The position numbers were made by a program, and so were the translations under genes. Positions 35,570-44,819 of a stretch of 64,000 nt of DNA are shown here, piece by piece. This DNA is from an uncultured Candidatus Saccharimonas sp. (lineage in GTDB: Bacteria > Patescibacteriota > Saccharimonadia > Saccharimonadales > Saccharimonadaceae). The notes under the pieces are model-generated. The model ran no database searches. It saw nothing but the letters and a program-made list of their open reading frames with translations, and was not told the origin of the DNA. Numbering within the stretch: the stretch's first letter is position 1; each line of letters starts with the position of its first letter. The stretch is from positions 29,425 through 93,424 of the forward strand of contig CAYOUQ010000001.1 of the NCBI GenBank assembly GCA_964407205.1. Reading direction: 5' to 3'.

Positions 35570-35631
35570 TTTTGTGCTTACACAATTGTATTTTACAGGG
35601 GTGGAAAAAGTAAAGTTTTGTCAATTCGGTT

Positions 35632-35660
35632 TTGACATTGTTTAATATCTGTGCTATACT
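35632..35660 (+). promoter_or_regulatory. Sigma-70-type promoter of the TrmB-like gene (predicts a leaderless mRNA)
   Basis: TTGACA (35632-35637), a 17-nt spacer, then TATACT (35655-35660). The ATG at 35668 is 7 nt after the -10 box and has no SD. Confidence 0.55.
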
Positions 35661-35667
35661 GCCAAGC

Positions 35668-36402
35668 ATGAACATCGATATATTGCTAAAAATAGGCCTT
35701 ACCGAAAGCCAAGCAAAAGGCTATTTGGCGTTAGTTGAATTTGGCCCACTAACTCCATCCGATATTGCCGACAAAACTGGCGAAGCCAGAACTAATGGAT
35801 ACGCCATATCAGATAAATTAGTCGAGTTGGGGCTAGCTCGAAGGACCAACAGTATAAAGTTAAAGATTGAGGCTGAAAATCCTACAAAAATTCGTTCATT
35901 AATATCATCTCGTCAGCAACAATTAAAAACTGTAAGTGACGAGTTTTCAGCGATTTTGCCTAGCTTTTTATCAAAATTCAGGCTTACCAGCGACCAACCG
36001 GGCGTCATAAATGCCGAAGGCGTCGAAGCGCTAAAGTTAGTCTACGACGAGATTATCGCTACAAAAAAGGACGTCTTGATATTCCCTAGCAACCATGACC
36101 GCGACGATCCAAGAATTTCTGCATTAATCGACCAACAGATTGCGAGGCAGCGCGATGCGGGAATTAAATCATTAGCGCTCATACCGGCCGATCAGTATGA
36201 CTTGGTCAAAGACCAACAAGACGGCCTATTATCTATGCGAAAACTTCCCGATGGCGTGTTCTTTGATGCTCAAATTATGGTATTTGGCAATAATATCGTG
36301 TCGACTGTATTTAGGCACGGAATTGTTAGTACTATCATCTCTAGCCCCGATACCGCTGCCACTATGCGTAATATTTTCTTTGCTATTTGGGATAGACGTT
36401 AG
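35668..36402 (+). CDS. TrmB-family winged-helix transcriptional regulator
   Basis: MNIDILLKIGLTESQAKGYLALVEFGPLTPSDIADKTGEARTNGYAISDKLVELGLA is a TrmB-type wHTH. The start is set at ATG 35668, because the ORF-track start at 35632 lies inside the predicted promoter. Confidence 0.75.
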   Translation: MNIDILLKIGLTESQAKGYLALVEFGPLTPSDIADKTGEARTNGYAISDKLVELGLARRTNSIKLKIEAENPTKIRSLISSRQQQLKTVSDEFSAILPSFLSKFRLTSDQPGVINAEGVEALKLVYDEIIATKKDVLIFPSNHDRDDPRISALIDQQIARQRDAGIKSLALIPADQYDLVKDQQDGLLSMRKLPDGVFFDAQIMVFGNNIVSTVFRHGIVSTIISSPDTAATMRNIFFAIWDRR

Positions 36403-38140
36403 TATCCAGGCCTAACCTTTCTCCAAACTTCTTGATAATTTTATTCATAAAATCTTCTGTATTAATTATGGTAGCACCATTTTGGTCCTTAAATATATCA
36501 AAAGCTTCTGCGCTATGATGGCCCAAAACAGCCTTACCGTTAATAATCTGTTCTCCCTTTTCCAACATATCACATACAAAAAAGCCTACTTTTGAAGCAT
36601 TTACATAGCCTTCTTTTGTTTCACCCTTTTGTTTTTCAACCTTTTTACTCCCAATATCCAGTGATAAGCCGTAGGTTATATCATAGTCTAATCTAATATT
36701 TAAAATATTTTCTCTATTTTCTTCTGATTGACCTTGTGGAATCATCCCCGCTGGAATTGGAATGTTAAATGCAATTCGTTGATTGGACCCAAACAACGAG
36801 TCGGCAGTCCTTAGGCCCATCCATAAACCTTCTGACTTGTCGTCAGTAGATTTGAATGATTGGCTAACAACCTGGCCATACAGCCCGTATTCTTCGTTAT
36901 TCAATGGCTGAAACTGACCAGAAACTAATGACTTAGCAACTTTTTCGCTCGCAAATCGTAAAATGTTGATTACCGAAATAGCACTCTCTATCTCTTCGCT
37001 TGACGACTCGTCACTTGAAATAACCGCCAAAAGCTCGGTCGTTCTTTTTAGCCATGCGGTATACACTGCAGTATCAAAATGGTCGACAGTGTCCTTAAAG
37101 TACTTTGAAATGTCGACGGCTGACTGACGAATACTATTGATGCTTTTAAATATCTCGAGCGCCCTTGGTTTTTCTAATTTTTCAGCGATATGTAACAGTT
37201 TATCGCCAAAATGGTCACCAAACTCAAGCGAAAGAAAAGAATTGATCAACTCGACCTTTTCACTGTCATCACCATATTCTAGAAGATGCTTTTTTAATTT
37301 GCCATACCTTGAATCATCTGCTTCAATTGCAAAATTCAAAAAACGTAACTGGCTATTTAGTGGGATTTTACTGATATCAACACCAAGTTCTGATATAAAT
37401 ATATTCTTTGTCCTCGTATTGTGAACTATTCTCAATAATCTTGAATCCTGTAGCGAAAGTCCAAAACTGTTTTCGGGTTGCCATTCTGCAACTGATGCCT
37501 CACGCCCGTTCCTGTCAAAAATTTTATTTGGGCAGCGATCGACAATATTTATCTCAGCACAAACACCTGGTGCAATTTCTGAATAGCGTGCCGTCATATA
37601 GGGAGGCGCGTTCAATATTTTATACTTTTTCATAGCCCTCTCACTTTCGTCCAACTCACTCTTAAGGTAAGATAAATAGCCATCCGCCCCATCGTTATTC
37701 AACTTTTTATAACCCTCAGACTGATCGCCAATGTTATCGCCAAAGCTTGTTCTGTTTTGAGGCTTTAATGAGTAATTTAACGCAACATTTCGCTTATGAA
37801 GTTCGTTTCTATCTCGTAAGTTCTGTACCCTACTCTTGAATATAGCCCTGAATAAAACCGGAATATCTTGTGCGTTTGAGGCGTATTCAAGTTTGTCAAC
37901 ATAATTATTAAAGCCTTCATCATCACCAGTTGTAATAAAAAAATACCCATCTCTCTCGGCAGCCATTGCTTGGTTTAATACATATACGGCTGAATCATCA
38001 TCACTATCACCATTAAAAGACTTATAATAATTCGATGCCAGTTCAGAGTCGCGCCCTATCTTCTCTTTTGCTTGTTTCTGCAGTGTATATGGCACATTCT
38101 GTCCATTATCCCCGGTTGTTTCTATTATTCTGCTCTTCAT
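36383..38140 (-). CDS. Orphan hypothetical protein (585 aa)
   Basis: Long uninterrupted ORF starting 9 nt after the serS stop. No TM segment, P-loop or other motif recognised. Its 3' end overlaps the convergent TrmB-like gene by 20 nt. Confidence 0.6.
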   Translation of the reverse strand: MKSRIIETTGDNGQNVPYTLQKQAKEKIGRDSELASNYYKSFNGDSDDDSAVYVLNQAMAAERDGYFFITTGDDEGFNNYVDKLEYASNAQDIPVLFRAIFKSRVQNLRDRNELHKRNVALNYSLKPQNRTSFGDNIGDQSEGYKKLNNDGADGYLSYLKSELDESERAMKKYKILNAPPYMTARYSEIAPGVCAEINIVDRCPNKIFDRNGREASVAEWQPENSFGLSLQDSRLLRIVHNTRTKNIFISELGVDISKIPLNSQLRFLNFAIEADDSRYGKLKKHLLEYGDDSEKVELINSFLSLEFGDHFGDKLLHIAEKLEKPRALEIFKSINSIRQSAVDISKYFKDTVDHFDTAVYTAWLKRTTELLAVISSDESSSEEIESAISVINILRFASEKVAKSLVSGQFQPLNNEEYGLYGQVVSQSFKSTDDKSEGLWMGLRTADSLFGSNQRIAFNIPIPAGMIPQGQSEENRENILNIRLDYDITYGLSLDIGSKKVEKQKGETKEGYVNASKVGFFVCDMLEKGEQIINGKAVLGHHSAEAFDIFKDQNGATIINTEDFMNKIIKKFGERLGLDTNVYPK

Positions 38141-38149
38141 TTTTCTTTT

Positions 38150-39448
38150 TTATATAATTTCTCTGTCACTTAAATATGGGCGTAATACTTCAGGTATTTT
38201 GACATGTCCATCGGCTGTTTGGTAATTCTCAATAATTGCAATCATAATTCGTCCCAGTGCAAACGCTGTGGCATCGTTAATATGGACCAGCTCAATCTTG
38301 CCCTCCTTGCGTCGAACACGAGTATTTAATCGCCTTGCCTGATAATCAGTCATATAATCAGCCGTGTGGGTTTCACAATAGTTCCTTCGCCCAGGCATCC
38401 AGGTATTCATATCCATACCGCAAGCATTGGGTTTTCCAATATCAAATGTGTTCTTTTTAATGACCTGGTATGGCAATCCAAGTTGACTTAGCATATATTC
38501 TTGAATCGCAACAAATAACTTATGCTCATTTAGCCCCTGCTCGGCAGTTGCGAAACTTTCCAGTTCCAATTTATCGAATTGATGCATCCTAAACAGCCCT
38601 TCCATATCTTTGCCATAAGTTCCAGCTTCGCGTCGGAAACTAGATGCATATCCCAAATATCGAATTGGCAGTTTTTCTTCATCAAAAATCTCTCCTGAAT
38701 GCATACTACCCAAAACATGTTCGGCACTTCCCTGTAGCCACAAATCATCGCCTTCTAATTTATAACGCTCGTCGCGCGGCTCTAATCTGTCCATCGCATC
38801 GTACATGTCGGTTCGTATCATTAATGGTGGTAAAACTGGTATAAATGGTTTTGTCGGTATGTCCAGTCCGGCTCCTTTGGCAATTTCAGCAATTTTTGAT
38901 TCGTCGCTTAGTAAATTAATCACAAACTGCACAATCGCCATCTGTAATTTCACCATATCGCCCATCACATAGGCAAATCGGCTACCAGTTACTTTTGCAG
39001 CGCGTTCCTTGTCTAGCCACCCATTAGCATTAGCAATCTCGGCATGATTTTTTGGTTCAAAGTCAAATTTTGGCAACTGTCCGACCGTTTTGATAACAAC
39101 ATTGTCTTCTTCTTTAGACCCAACCGGGACATCGTCTAGCGCCATGTTAGGAACTTTTTTCAGCAGTTTCAGATATTCATCGTCAATCTCTTTCAATTTT
39201 GGCTCATCAACGACCAATTCTTCACGAATTGCCTTGCCCTCAGCAATAACTTCGTCTGACGGCTTGCCACCTTTAGTCTTTGCAACAATTGCGTTGCGTT
39301 TTTCGCGCAGTTCATCAACTCGTGCTTGTAATTTTTTCCGCTCACTGTCTAATTTTAGTAGTGCCGCAATATCAACTTCATATCCCTTATTTTTGGCATT
39401 TTGCTGAACTTTTTCAGCATTTTCTCGAATAAATTTTATATCTAACAT
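38150..39448 (-). CDS. serS: Serine--tRNA ligase
   Basis: N-terminal coiled-coil arm (MLDIKFIRENAEKV...) and class II core (FRREAGTYGKDMEGLFRMHQFDK). Confidence 0.95.
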   Translation of the reverse strand: MLDIKFIRENAEKVQQNAKNKGYEVDIAALLKLDSERKKLQARVDELREKRNAIVAKTKGGKPSDEVIAEGKAIREELVVDEPKLKEIDDEYLKLLKKVPNMALDDVPVGSKEEDNVVIKTVGQLPKFDFEPKNHAEIANANGWLDKERAAKVTGSRFAYVMGDMVKLQMAIVQFVINLLSDESKIAEIAKGAGLDIPTKPFIPVLPPLMIRTDMYDAMDRLEPRDERYKLEGDDLWLQGSAEHVLGSMHSGEIFDEEKLPIRYLGYASSFRREAGTYGKDMEGLFRMHQFDKLELESFATAEQGLNEHKLFVAIQEYMLSQLGLPYQVIKKNTFDIGKPNACGMDMNTWMPGRRNYCETHTADYMTDYQARRLNTRVRRKEGKIELVHINDATAFALGRIMIAIIENYQTADGHVKIPEVLRPYLSDREII

Positions 39449-39471
39449 ATTATTATTCTACCATTCTTATA

Positions 39472-40746
39472 TTATTCTGTCCTCAATGCTTCAATTGGGT
39501 TTAATTTGGCGGCTTTTCTGGCCGGCAAGATGCCCGACACTACTGATACAACGACCAAGCCAAAAATTACAATTGCGACACTTATTGGATCAAACTCTAT
39601 TAATTTAATTTCGCCTAAGTCTAGCGCTTTACTAATAAAAGGGTTAGCGATGATGCCAGAAATGATAGCTAGGCCACTGCCAATAGCCCCACCCAAAAAG
39701 CCTATCCAAGCCGCTTCCAGTTTAAATAATCTACCAACATCACGACGCCGCATACCTAACGCCTTCATTAAACCAATTTGCTGAGTCCTTTCCAGTACAC
39801 TAATGTACTGGGTGTTAATTATCCCAAATATTGAAGTTATCACCGCCAGCGTACCAAATCCGATTAATATACCCTGCAAAACATTAATAAACTGAAAAAT
39901 AAATCCCATTAAATCTTCTGGGGTTTGAGCTTTATAACCCGCAGTGTCAATATTATTTTTTACAGTGTCAACATCATAATCGTCACCCACAGTGACGACT
40001 GCCCCTAGGTATTTGTTGTATAACGCTGTGCCGCTTTGACTGTATTCATAAATCTCTCTTAGGTTTGTTTCTGAAATCTGCATACCACTGTTCGGACTTG
40101 CTGCGAACACTGAGCTTTTCACAACACCGGTTATAGTAAAATCAAAAAGTTTTGATTCAGGGTTTGCTATGGCCGACTGTTTATCGACGGCTAGTTGAAT
40201 TTGTTGTCCAATCGAATCAGCCGCACTTTTAAATCCAAGCGTATCAACATAATCATTTGGAATAATAATCCCATTATTATCTATGCCGCTTGAATCGCCT
40301 GCAACGTACTCCAGCCGAATACCATCGTTAAATTTCTGTATTGTTGTCTGATATTTGCCACCGGCAGTATTAGTAATGTACTTGATGTTAATCGAGTATG
40401 CCGGCGAAACCTTCGCAACGCCTTCAACCTTGGCAATTTTATCAACGTCTTCTTGCGACAACAGCTTTGCCGTGTATGTGCCATATTTTATTGATGGGCC
40501 TTCAAAATATTTTTGCGGTTTTGACGGGTCATTGTTCTCATCAGGCTTTGGCTGAACAAATATACCTTTTGGGTTAGTGTTGCTTGTTATTACACTGTCT
40601 GCATAATTCCTACCACCAGCACCAACTGCCAAACTTAAGACGATAGTAAATGCACCCACACCAATTGCTAAACTAGTTAATAACGTTCTGGCCTTGGCCT
40701 GTTTTAAGCTGCGCGCCGCTCGAATAGAGATATCAACAATTTTCAT
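39472..40746 (-). CDS. MacB/FtsX-type ABC transporter permease
   Basis: 424 aa: one N-terminal TM helix, a large periplasmic-type domain, then a C-terminal FtsX-like 3-TM bundle. Confidence 0.8.
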   Translation of the reverse strand: MKIVDISIRAARSLKQAKARTLLTSLAIGVGAFTIVLSLAVGAGGRNYADSVITSNTNPKGIFVQPKPDENNDPSKPQKYFEGPSIKYGTYTAKLLSQEDVDKIAKVEGVAKVSPAYSINIKYITNTAGGKYQTTIQKFNDGIRLEYVAGDSSGIDNNGIIIPNDYVDTLGFKSAADSIGQQIQLAVDKQSAIANPESKLFDFTITGVVKSSVFAASPNSGMQISETNLREIYEYSQSGTALYNKYLGAVVTVGDDYDVDTVKNNIDTAGYKAQTPEDLMGFIFQFINVLQGILIGFGTLAVITSIFGIINTQYISVLERTQQIGLMKALGMRRRDVGRLFKLEAAWIGFLGGAIGSGLAIISGIIANPFISKALDLGEIKLIEFDPISVAIVIFGLVVVSVVSGILPARKAAKLNPIEALRTE

Positions 40747-41426
40747 TTCTTGCCTCCACTAACAGAATCAATTACTCCGTCTTTGATGTGAATCTGCATA
40801 TCACACCTGTTCGCCAGATCAGAATCATGCGTTACAATTATTAACGTTACTTTGAATTTTTTATTGTATCTAAATAATAAGTCCTCGACTATCTTCCCGG
40901 TCACACTGTCAAGATTGCCTGTTGGTTCATCGGCAAATAATATTTTTGGCCCATTTACAATTGCTCGAGCCACTGCCAGTCTTTGTTTTTGACCACCGGA
41001 CAGTTCACTAGCCTTCGACTTCTTCTTGTCTATCAAATCAACAGCCTTCAATGCTGCTTCAACACGTATCTTTCGCTTTGATAACGGCACATCAGCAATT
41101 TCAAGAGGCAGGCTGACATTATCGTAACAACTTTCTCGCGCCTGAACAAAAAAACTTTGGAATATAAAACTCATTGTTCGTGAGCGAAATTTATCAATTT
41201 CTTTTTGACTCATTGCCAGGATATCTTTACCATCAATGATTATCTGGCCCTTTTCTGGCCTATCCAAACCACTCATAGCATGCATTAGGGTTGATTTGCC
41301 ACTGCCTGATTTCCCCAAAATCGCAACAGATGCTCCGTCTGGAATTTGAAAGCTAGCATTTTTTACAGCACAAAATACATTGGCTTTCTTACCATATGTC
41401 TTGGTAACATTTCTTACTTCAATCAT
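40743..41426 (-). CDS. ABC transporter ATP-binding protein (MacB/LolD-like)
   Basis: GKSGSGKST, LSGGQKQR and LFADEPTGNLD motifs. 4-nt overlap with the permease gene. Confidence 0.9.
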   Translation of the reverse strand: MIEVRNVTKTYGKKANVFCAVKNASFQIPDGASVAILGKSGSGKSTLMHAMSGLDRPEKGQIIIDGKDILAMSQKEIDKFRSRTMSFIFQSFFVQARESCYDNVSLPLEIADVPLSKRKIRVEAALKAVDLIDKKKSKASELSGGQKQRLAVARAIVNGPKILFADEPTGNLDSVTGKIVEDLLFRYNKKFKVTLIIVTHDSDLANRCDMQIHIKDGVIDSVSGGKK

Positions 41427-41442
41427 CAGACTATGATACTAC

Positions 41443-43221
41443 TTAATCGTCGCCACCGCCACCATCGCCACCGCCACCATCCGAGCTACCACCTCCATCC
41501 GAACCACCAAAATCCGAGCTGCCACTATCGAACCCTGAACCCGATGAACCTACATCTGACGAGAAGTCCGAGAATGAGGAACTAAACGATCCAAAATCAA
41601 ATGTTGAACCACTAACACCGACATACCACTCGGGCGCAATGTTTGTTTCCTCGTAGTATCTTCCTAATACGCCCACCCACTCTTTCTCCTGACCAAATAA
41701 TATAGCGTATGGCAATACTCTTTCGTACAAGTGGACTAACATCGATTTATCGTTAATATCAACCGGTGTTTTTTCTGCACCCTGTGGGCTCTGTAATATT
41801 TTAATACGTTCTTCCTCGGCAACAGAAATATACAGTTTAAGTCCTAGTAAATAGTCTAGAAGTTCACGCCCTTTTGGCGACAAGAACTTCGCTTTGAATA
41901 AATTTATTAACATCATAACCGCCAAGACCAAAAACAGCTGTGGTAAACCCGGTAACACGCTGAATTCCACAGATGTCAGCCTAACACTAATCAATGCCTG
42001 GATAAACATTAGGACGCTTAATACCAACAATACGGCCCTATGGCCGGCTGGCTTTTCATAATAGCCCGCCTGCAACATCGAAAGCCCAAGATTTTTATAA
42101 ATATCTCGCAGCAATGGCATAATAGCCAAATCGGGCGCATCGGGGTCAATAATATATCTTGCACCAGCTTGTGGGCTGTTACCAAAAAGCGTAAAAACTA
42201 CAGCTTTCTCATTTTCTGATAAAGCATTTAGTGAAACGAATTCCAGACTGTATTTTCCTTTTACTGTTCCATCCTCAATTATCTTTATATTATGGCGGAC
42301 GGCTAAATCAACATACATTGCCGCCGTCCATGGTGATGGCTTGCCATAGACTTTCGATGATATTGCAATATCTGAATCTTTTGGCGGTAAATATTGGGCA
42401 ATAATTGCTTTTTTTGCTCGACCACCCTTTGATTTATTAGACAGATATACAACATATAATACAAATATTGTTATACCTGCGATAAGTGAAATAACCGAGA
42501 TATATTTTTGTATAAAATCAGCTGTGGTAACCTTATAAGGCGTAAAATAATTTGGCACGAAACCGATCACCATCGACATACTGTCACCTGGGGCTAAATC
42601 ATAAACCGTTGATGTGTATTCATTACCATTAGCTCCAATATCACAACTGGCATGTGAGCCGCTTGGACCGTAGTAACATGCAGTTTTGCCATTCAAGCCT
42701 TCGCTAATACTCGGATCAATATGAACGGTAGCCGATAGCCGATCAATTCTTCGCTCCCAGTTTGAGCCGTTAATATTCCAATAAAACTCGTCATCGTTTG
42801 TATTGCTAAAATATTTTGTAATATCTTTTTGTTGATACGTGATTACATAATGTTTAATGCCGTTCACATATACATTTAGGTCGCCAATCTTGACTGCAAG
42901 ATACCCGTTGTCTGTAACTTCTTCATATTTTAAGTCCAAGCCATCTTCGTCGGTTACCGATATTATCTGAAGATCAGTCAGGTGATGATTGTAGTAAAGC
43001 GGCAGTTTCCTTATTAATCGATGTGATTGATCCTGCGCAAATTCGGCTGTAATATTTTCTATTACTTTCATCGTCGAGCGGCCGTCGGCATCCTTCGAGA
43101 TATAATATTCAGACCGAAAATCTCGAACGACCATCTCGCTGACAGTTGCCCATGCTAAGTTAGTAAAAAACGCGCTACATGCAATTGATGCAGCTATAAC
43201 CCCAAATATAAACTTCTTCAT
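41443..43221 (-). CDS. DUF2207-like membrane protein with Gly/Ser/Asp-rich C-terminal tail
   Basis: Signal peptide, an extracytoplasmic N-domain, central TM helices, and a tail ending GSSDGGGGDGGGGDD. The DUF2207 layout is recalled from the family description. Confidence 0.55.
   Translation of the reverse strand: MKKFIFGVIAASIACSAFFTNLAWATVSEMVVRDFRSEYYISKDADGRSTMKVIENITAEFAQDQSHRLIRKLPLYYNHHLTDLQIISVTDEDGLDLKYEEVTDNGYLAVKIGDLNVYVNGIKHYVITYQQKDITKYFSNTNDDEFYWNINGSNWERRIDRLSATVHIDPSISEGLNGKTACYYGPSGSHASCDIGANGNEYTSTVYDLAPGDSMSMVIGFVPNYFTPYKVTTADFIQKYISVISLIAGITIFVLYVVYLSNKSKGGRAKKAIIAQYLPPKDSDIAISSKVYGKPSPWTAAMYVDLAVRHNIKIIEDGTVKGKYSLEFVSLNALSENEKAVVFTLFGNSPQAGARYIIDPDAPDLAIMPLLRDIYKNLGLSMLQAGYYEKPAGHRAVLLVLSVLMFIQALISVRLTSVEFSVLPGLPQLFLVLAVMMLINLFKAKFLSPKGRELLDYLLGLKLYISVAEEERIKILQSPQGAEKTPVDINDKSMLVHLYERVLPYAILFGQEKEWVGVLGRYYEETNIAPEWYVGVSGSTFDFGSFSSSFSDFSSDVGSSGSGFDSGSSDFGGSDGGGSSDGGGGDGGGGDD
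41452..41560 (-). repeat. Low-complexity coding repeat (GGx/GAT/AGC codons) encoding the Gly/Ser/Asp tail of the DUF2207-like protein
   Basis: Tandem gccaccgccacc-type units on the plus strand. They translate to SGSGFDSGSSDFGGSDGGGSSDGGGGDGGGGDD. Confidence 0.8.
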
Positions 43222-43247
43222 ATATTATCAGTATATCAAACTAATGG

Positions 43248-44756
43248 TTATTCAAGTTTGATATCAGAATAAATTTCTTTGGTTGTGTTATCGATCTCGT
43301 GACGGAGTTGAGGGAAAGGGACGCCTTCGCGTGCCGAAACGCCCTCAAACACCCAAAAGACTCTTTCACTAGACCCCCAGCCACAAGCTGGTGGCATGCC
43401 ATATTCCAACATCTCGACATAGTCAATATCAAGCATCATTGCCTCATTATCGCCGCTATCGCGCATGTCCTGTTGTTCTTTAAATCGATTCAGTTGGTCA
43501 ATTGGGTCATTTAGTTCTGAAAATCCATTACCAAGTTCGCTCCCTGCGATAATTGGCTGGAATCTTTGGACACTTCGTCCATCAGGATTACTTTTTGACA
43601 GTGGACTAATAAACTTTGGCGTGTTAATCAGCCAGACGGGCCCAACTACATCTTTTCGAATATTTTTCCATAACTTATCAATACCTCTGGCACGATTTTC
43701 AGTTTTCTCAACCTCCAATTTATTTTCAGCCAATGCACGTTTGACATCATCCAGCGAGCTTTCGTAGACATCAATCCCATATCTGTCTTGGATTACCGTA
43801 GCATAGTCCCACACTTCCCATTCTTTGCCCATATCTATGTCCATGTCGTTTATATGGAAGCGTAAAGTACCAAATGTTTTTTCAAGCACTGTTTTATACA
43901 TTTTTTCCATAAATTTCATACCGTCGTGCCAATTGGCGTAAGCCCAATACCATTCCATAGCAATGTGCTCTGGTAAATGCTCATCAGTATATCCTTCGTT
44001 TCTAAATCTAGGCCCTAAATCATAAACCTTTTCAAATCCAGCCCCGATTAGCCGCTTTAATGGCAATTCTTGGCTAATTCGTAAATAAAAATCCTGATCC
44101 AAAGCGTCCATATGTGTAACGAATGGGTTAGCATCTGCCCCACCAGTTGTGTGCTCTAATACAGGCGTGTTTATTTCGATAAATCCCGCCTCATTTAAAA
44201 AGTCACGTGTTGCTTGCCAAAACTTGCTGCGCCTAACAAATCGATCGCGAACATCGATATTCACGTTCATGTCAACATAACGGCGCCTCAGGCGCTCTTC
44301 CTTATTTGTAAACCCTTCGACAGCAGTTGGGAGTGGGCGCAAAGCCTTTGCCAGTAGTCTTAGTTTAGACGTTTCGACTGAAATTTCACCTGTTTTACTT
44401 TTTATTACCTTACCGGTTGCTTCGATGAAATCGCCAGAATCAAGTAATGGCAGGTCACTAATGCCCAAAATATTTTTAGATGGGTCGGATTCGCAAATAA
44501 TATCAGATTTAATAAATAACTGAATCTGTCCGCTAAAATCTCTCAATACTATAAATGCCAGCTTGCCAAATTTACGCAGACCCATAATTCGACCGGCCAC
44601 CGTTACGTCTTGACCCTCAAACTTATCAAATTGGTTAACAATTGCAGCCGTATTATCAGATCGATGTGCATCAGCTGGATATGGGTCCATCCCCATACTT
44701 TGAATAATCTTTAGTTTGCGCAATCTTTCATCACGAAAATCTTTTAGTGTCGCCAT
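43248..44756 (-). CDS. lysS: Lysine--tRNA ligase (class II)
   Basis: OB anticodon-binding domain (VTVAGRIMGLRKFGKLAFIVLRD) and class II motifs (FRNEG, GGLGIDR-like GWGSSERV). Confidence 0.92.
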   Translation of the reverse strand: MATLKDFRDERLRKLKIIQSMGMDPYPADAHRSDNTAAIVNQFDKFEGQDVTVAGRIMGLRKFGKLAFIVLRDFSGQIQLFIKSDIICESDPSKNILGISDLPLLDSGDFIEATGKVIKSKTGEISVETSKLRLLAKALRPLPTAVEGFTNKEERLRRRYVDMNVNIDVRDRFVRRSKFWQATRDFLNEAGFIEINTPVLEHTTGGADANPFVTHMDALDQDFYLRISQELPLKRLIGAGFEKVYDLGPRFRNEGYTDEHLPEHIAMEWYWAYANWHDGMKFMEKMYKTVLEKTFGTLRFHINDMDIDMGKEWEVWDYATVIQDRYGIDVYESSLDDVKRALAENKLEVEKTENRARGIDKLWKNIRKDVVGPVWLINTPKFISPLSKSNPDGRSVQRFQPIIAGSELGNGFSELNDPIDQLNRFKEQQDMRDSGDNEAMMLDIDYVEMLEYGMPPACGWGSSERVFWVFEGVSAREGVPFPQLRHEIDNTTKEIYSDIKLE

Positions 44757-44819
44757 ATGAAGTAATTATATCAGAGTGACAAGTTATTTTATAAATATCA
44801 AAAATTAATTAGCTTTTGC

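Noticed and set aside
35442-35675. 77-aa minus-strand ORF in the non-coding stretch upstream of the DUF1874 gene
   Set aside because: It starts upstream of, and runs through, both predicted promoters (35541-35569 and 35632-35660). It has no SD and is Cys-rich with odd composition. The frame is immediately followed by many stops. It is more likely a chance ORF in a regulatory or RNA region.
41452-41560. Short tandem repeats that could be mistaken for a CRISPR-like or VNTR array
   Set aside because: The units are 3-12 nt codon repeats inside a coding region, forming the Gly/Ser/Asp tail. There are no spacers and no 25-40 nt direct repeats. No CRISPR array was seen anywhere in the window.
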